Source: the human T2T-CHM13v2.0 reference genome, Homo sapiens. Taken from it: DNA of 64,000 nucleotides. The translations under genes were made by a program, and so were the position numbers. A model generated the notes under the pieces. That model was not told the DNA's origin. It ran no database searches and saw only the letters and a program-made list of their open reading frames with translations. Shown in pieces: positions 57,518 through 64,000 of this stretch. The stretch lies in assembly GCF_009914755.1 (NCBI RefSeq), contig NC_060927.1. One strand, written 5' to 3'. Within the stretch, counting starts at the first letter, position 1. The number at the start of each line of letters is the position of its first letter.

Positions 57518-58586
57518 ACCCAACCTTATACTCTTCCAGTCTTGATTAGAAATTGAAATGTGGGGAGAAGTGAGGGCACAGGCCATAGTTAATTTTTAAA
57601 AAGTGAATTAACAAGACTCCTTAAGACAAAACCTGAGCCAGCTGCCACATCTTATTCGATACATAAGGAAAAAGTGAGCAAACAGGCTATGGTCTTAAAA
57701 TGTGTTATTTTGGAACTTATACCAACTCTATACTTATGTAGCTTGTCATCATAAATTTAAGTTTCCATTGAAGGGTTTCAAAGGGCAAACCTTTTCCTAT
57801 ATAGTTGCTGAAATATTAAAAGGTGTTTTTGGATGCAAGGACTACTGACTTGAAGCCTTTAGACTGGGAGTGCTTTACAGAAAGAACTTATTCAAATGAT
57901 GTTTTAAAAATAAGCTGGGCCTAGTCACATGTACTTGTAGTCCCAGTTAGTAAGGAGGCAGAAGAATCACATGAGCCCAGGAATTTGAGGCCAGTCTGGG
58001 CAACATATTTTTAAAAAGTAAAAAACTAATCCTTAGGGGAGGGGAAGTTATTCACTTAAATTTGTCAATTATGGTTCACATGAGACTGATTACAAAGCTG
58101 ACTTGATTTAGTTGTAATTAACTCGAACTACATAAAAAGATTGTATATACTTTTAAAATGTTGAATGAATCTAAAGACAAACTTCCTTCTTTTAAAAATA
58201 TAATTACAAGCAAAATAAACTTAAATAGACTAATAAAAACAATGCAAAACCTGATGTTTTATGTTTACTGATAAAGAATACACATATATGCAATAGTCTT
58301 GTTCCTCCCCAATTAAAATGGAATCTGACTAACCTTAGATCCGGCTACCAATTTAAGGGAAATACAGAGAACACAGTAATCCGTTCAAATAAACCATAGT
58401 GCTGCCATTGAAAAACTCCATACTGTGGTAAACGAAACATGACAAACCAACTGGTTTCTTAAAACCAGTAAGGTTTTAAGAAAGGGGAGGTCATGAAGAC
58501 AGAGGAAGAACCTATAAAACTATAAATCAGAAAAGTACTTAAATATACCAACTAATCCCAACAGGTAGATTTTATCTAAATTCTAA

Positions 58587-59517
<931 letters not shown>

Positions 59518-59639
59518 ATTAAAGAGAGAATGTATTTCTTTTTAAATACATACTAAAACACTTATGATTCAAATGGTGTTTGGGATTTGCTATAAATAAT
59601 ATGAGAAGACGAGAAGTAGATAGAAGAAGAGGTTAAAAA

Positions 59640-59810
59640 AAAGTGGGGGGTAGGGGCAAGGGATAAAAGACTACAAATAAGGTGCAGTGTATACTGCTCG
59701 GATGATGGGTGCACCAAATCACCATTAAAGAATTTACTCATGTAACCACATATCAACTGTACCCCAATAACTTATGAAAAAATAAAATAAAAAAATAAAA
59801 ATAAAAAAAG
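59640..59810 (+). mobile_element. L1PB-like 3' end with A tail
   Basis: gggataaaagactacaaat...gtgtatactgctcggatgatgggtgcaccaaa...actcatgtaacc. Confidence 0.8.
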
Positions 59811-59997
59811 TAGGTGAAAGAAGACTGACTAGACCTGTAGAAAACACAATGAAAATCTCCACTTTACATGACAAGAATGAAATAAATACTAAAACTGCTC
59901 TACTATAGGTTTAGAAAAATATAGTACAAACAATGTTATCCCTATTTCCATGTGCACTATGCAGGCATTAATATTAAATAATTATTTAATAAATTAA

Positions 59998-61526
<1,529 letters not shown>

Positions 61527-61743
61527 TAAAGCCATTTATGGCTTATTCATTCACCATTTAATGGTGACCTCATTAAATTTTGTACCTTAAATAAGAAAAC
61601 AGTCAATAAAAGACTCCATAAGTGAGAAAAATGACTAAACACAAAGCAACAAATTGTCACTATTCAGAAAATAAAACTATAAATAAATGTGCCTTCCTTT
61701 CACAGAAATCTTTATACCAGGTCTCACAGCATATGAACATTAC

Positions 61744-61813
61744 CTGTCTGGGTAAAAGCCCCAATGCACTAACACTTGCTTCTCTTTTCTCATCACCGGT
61801 CTCAACCATTCTT
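61744..61813 (-). CDS. SMARCC1: SMARCC1 exon (~7), 70 nt: (E)[22 protein letters not shown](S), chromo-like region
   Basis: tctcttccag|AAGAA...GACAG|gtaatg; frame continues into next exon. Confidence 0.96.
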
Positions 61814-62790
61814 CTGGAAGAGAAAAAGAAACAACTTTACTCAAACTGACAAAATAATAAAGAAACTATGATTTTTAGCCTTAATTTTTACTAAGATGTT
61901 TTAGTTTGCTAACGAACAACATTTTTCGAACATGCTGTTGCTGGTTTGGAAAGAAAAAGTTTTCAAATTGAGTACTATCTACCAGATTAAAGGGAAATTT
62001 CTCAGTCTTTCTGACTTTCCAAACTGTAGGTCTACTATCCATCACTCTTGACAAAACCAATTATCCACTGCGGTAAAATACTCCCATCCCATTCACCCAC
62101 CAGCCTCCCCTCTCTCTTCTATCAAAATAATAATCACCATATTATTTAATGTTTCACTTCCCATGGTGAACCTCTCATCCCTCTTTCTGTGAGGCTTAGC
62201 AATTATTACACATCTTTCAAGATGTAAACCGTACTTCATCTCATTGATGAAAGTTTTACTAACTACTCTGCTTCCTCTAGATTCCCTTTTTCTGATGTCC
62301 TATAAGCTGTAAAGTGCTACATCAAAGCTTTTACCAAAAATACTATTTTTACTATTCTTTCACTGCCTCATACCTGTTAGCCCTCCCAACAAGAGTGTAA
62401 GCAATGTGATTACATATTGTAGACTTTTTTTCAAAAATTTTTTCCAAAGATAAGTGCAAATTATATAATAAAGTGATTCTTAGTATTCTAATCACAGTTA
62501 AATTACCTCCACATTTCAGCACTGGTAATCATGTGCTTCTTTGGTAGTCTGAATTTAGCTTAGAAAATGGACGCCTAATAGTAAGAGAGAAGTTCTGAAG
62601 TAAGCCCCCTTAAAGCCCACAGCAAACAAACAAACAAACAAACAAACAGATCTAAGTAAATTAGCCAAGTAAAAATTACTTTCCAGTGCAGATTTTAACA
62701 AGATATAGCCTCATTTTCACTGAATAAAGCCATGAAGCCCTCATACCTGTGCTGTTTTTGAAGTATACAATGACTCACCTAACTATCTTA

Positions 62791-63105
<315 letters not shown>

Positions 63106-63371
63106 AGGTGAAAATGACAGAATCAGGCCCTGTTCCCTAACATGGTAACTCAACATGGCAGAGGAAAAAAGAAAAGGGGCCAGAGGATCTTTCTAAATCC
63201 CGACTACCTAAACTAACCTGTCCTGTCCTGTTAAGTGTGTCTTGGTGGTGTTCTAACTAGTAAAAGCTGCCTTTCAGAATACTGAGTCCATTATCAAAGA
63301 CTATGCACCTTTATGAAAAAGAAGAAAAGGTATCTTTCCTAACCACAGCTGACTTTTGATACAAATTTTGA

Positions 63372-63673
<302 letters not shown>

Positions 63674-64000
63674 AAAAAAATTTTTGATTTTTATCAAGAC
63701 AATTTTTTTAATTATTTGAAATATTTTCCAATAGCAGAAACAACAAAAGGTGTGAGATGTAAGCTCGCTCTCTTCCCAGGTATTATAAATTTATACCCAA
63801 AAATGAATTTATAGAAGTATGGCTGAATGACAAAAGAGTAAGGCCAATGCCATTGAAAGATGAATTACTTATATATCCCAAAAGAAGGAAAATAACATAC
63901 CATGCAGAGCCACTGCAGAGGCATCACAATAGTCAAGAGGTAGAAGACAGGAACAAGGGGAAGCCTAAGCCAAAGCCTGCATTGGGGTTTCCACAGAAAA

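Overview
Primate (very probably human) genomic DNA lying wholly inside SMARCC1 (BAF155, core subunit of the SWI/SNF-BAF chromatin remodeller) on the minus strand. Fifteen internal coding exons can be read directly. All have GT-AG boundaries and they splice into one continuous 1674-nt frame running from (E)EWLRPVMRK... to ...GPDEPEKL(E), covering the chromo-like region, SWIRM, SANT and SWIRM-associated parts. Numbering them exons 7-21 is my recollection of the reference transcript. The introns are very Alu-dense and include young AluY/AluYa5-type copies with target-site duplications (TSDs). They also hold old L1, L2, MIR, CR1, MLT1 and DNA-transposon relics (MER20, MER30, Charlie, MER44/Tigger7), an antisense HIGD2A processed pseudogene and several microsatellites. 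Almost all ORFs in the supplied track are Alu or low-complexity artefacts. I see no convincing new multi-gene system. The best unexplained signals are RNA-level candidates: a frame-preserving 12-nt microexon, a cryptic terminal exon with a textbook poly(A) site, an AluY apparently carrying 5' extra sequence inside its TSD, a strong hairpin next to exon 9, and two C/D-box-like segments. All are hypotheses from motif reading. Repeat boundaries are approximate.
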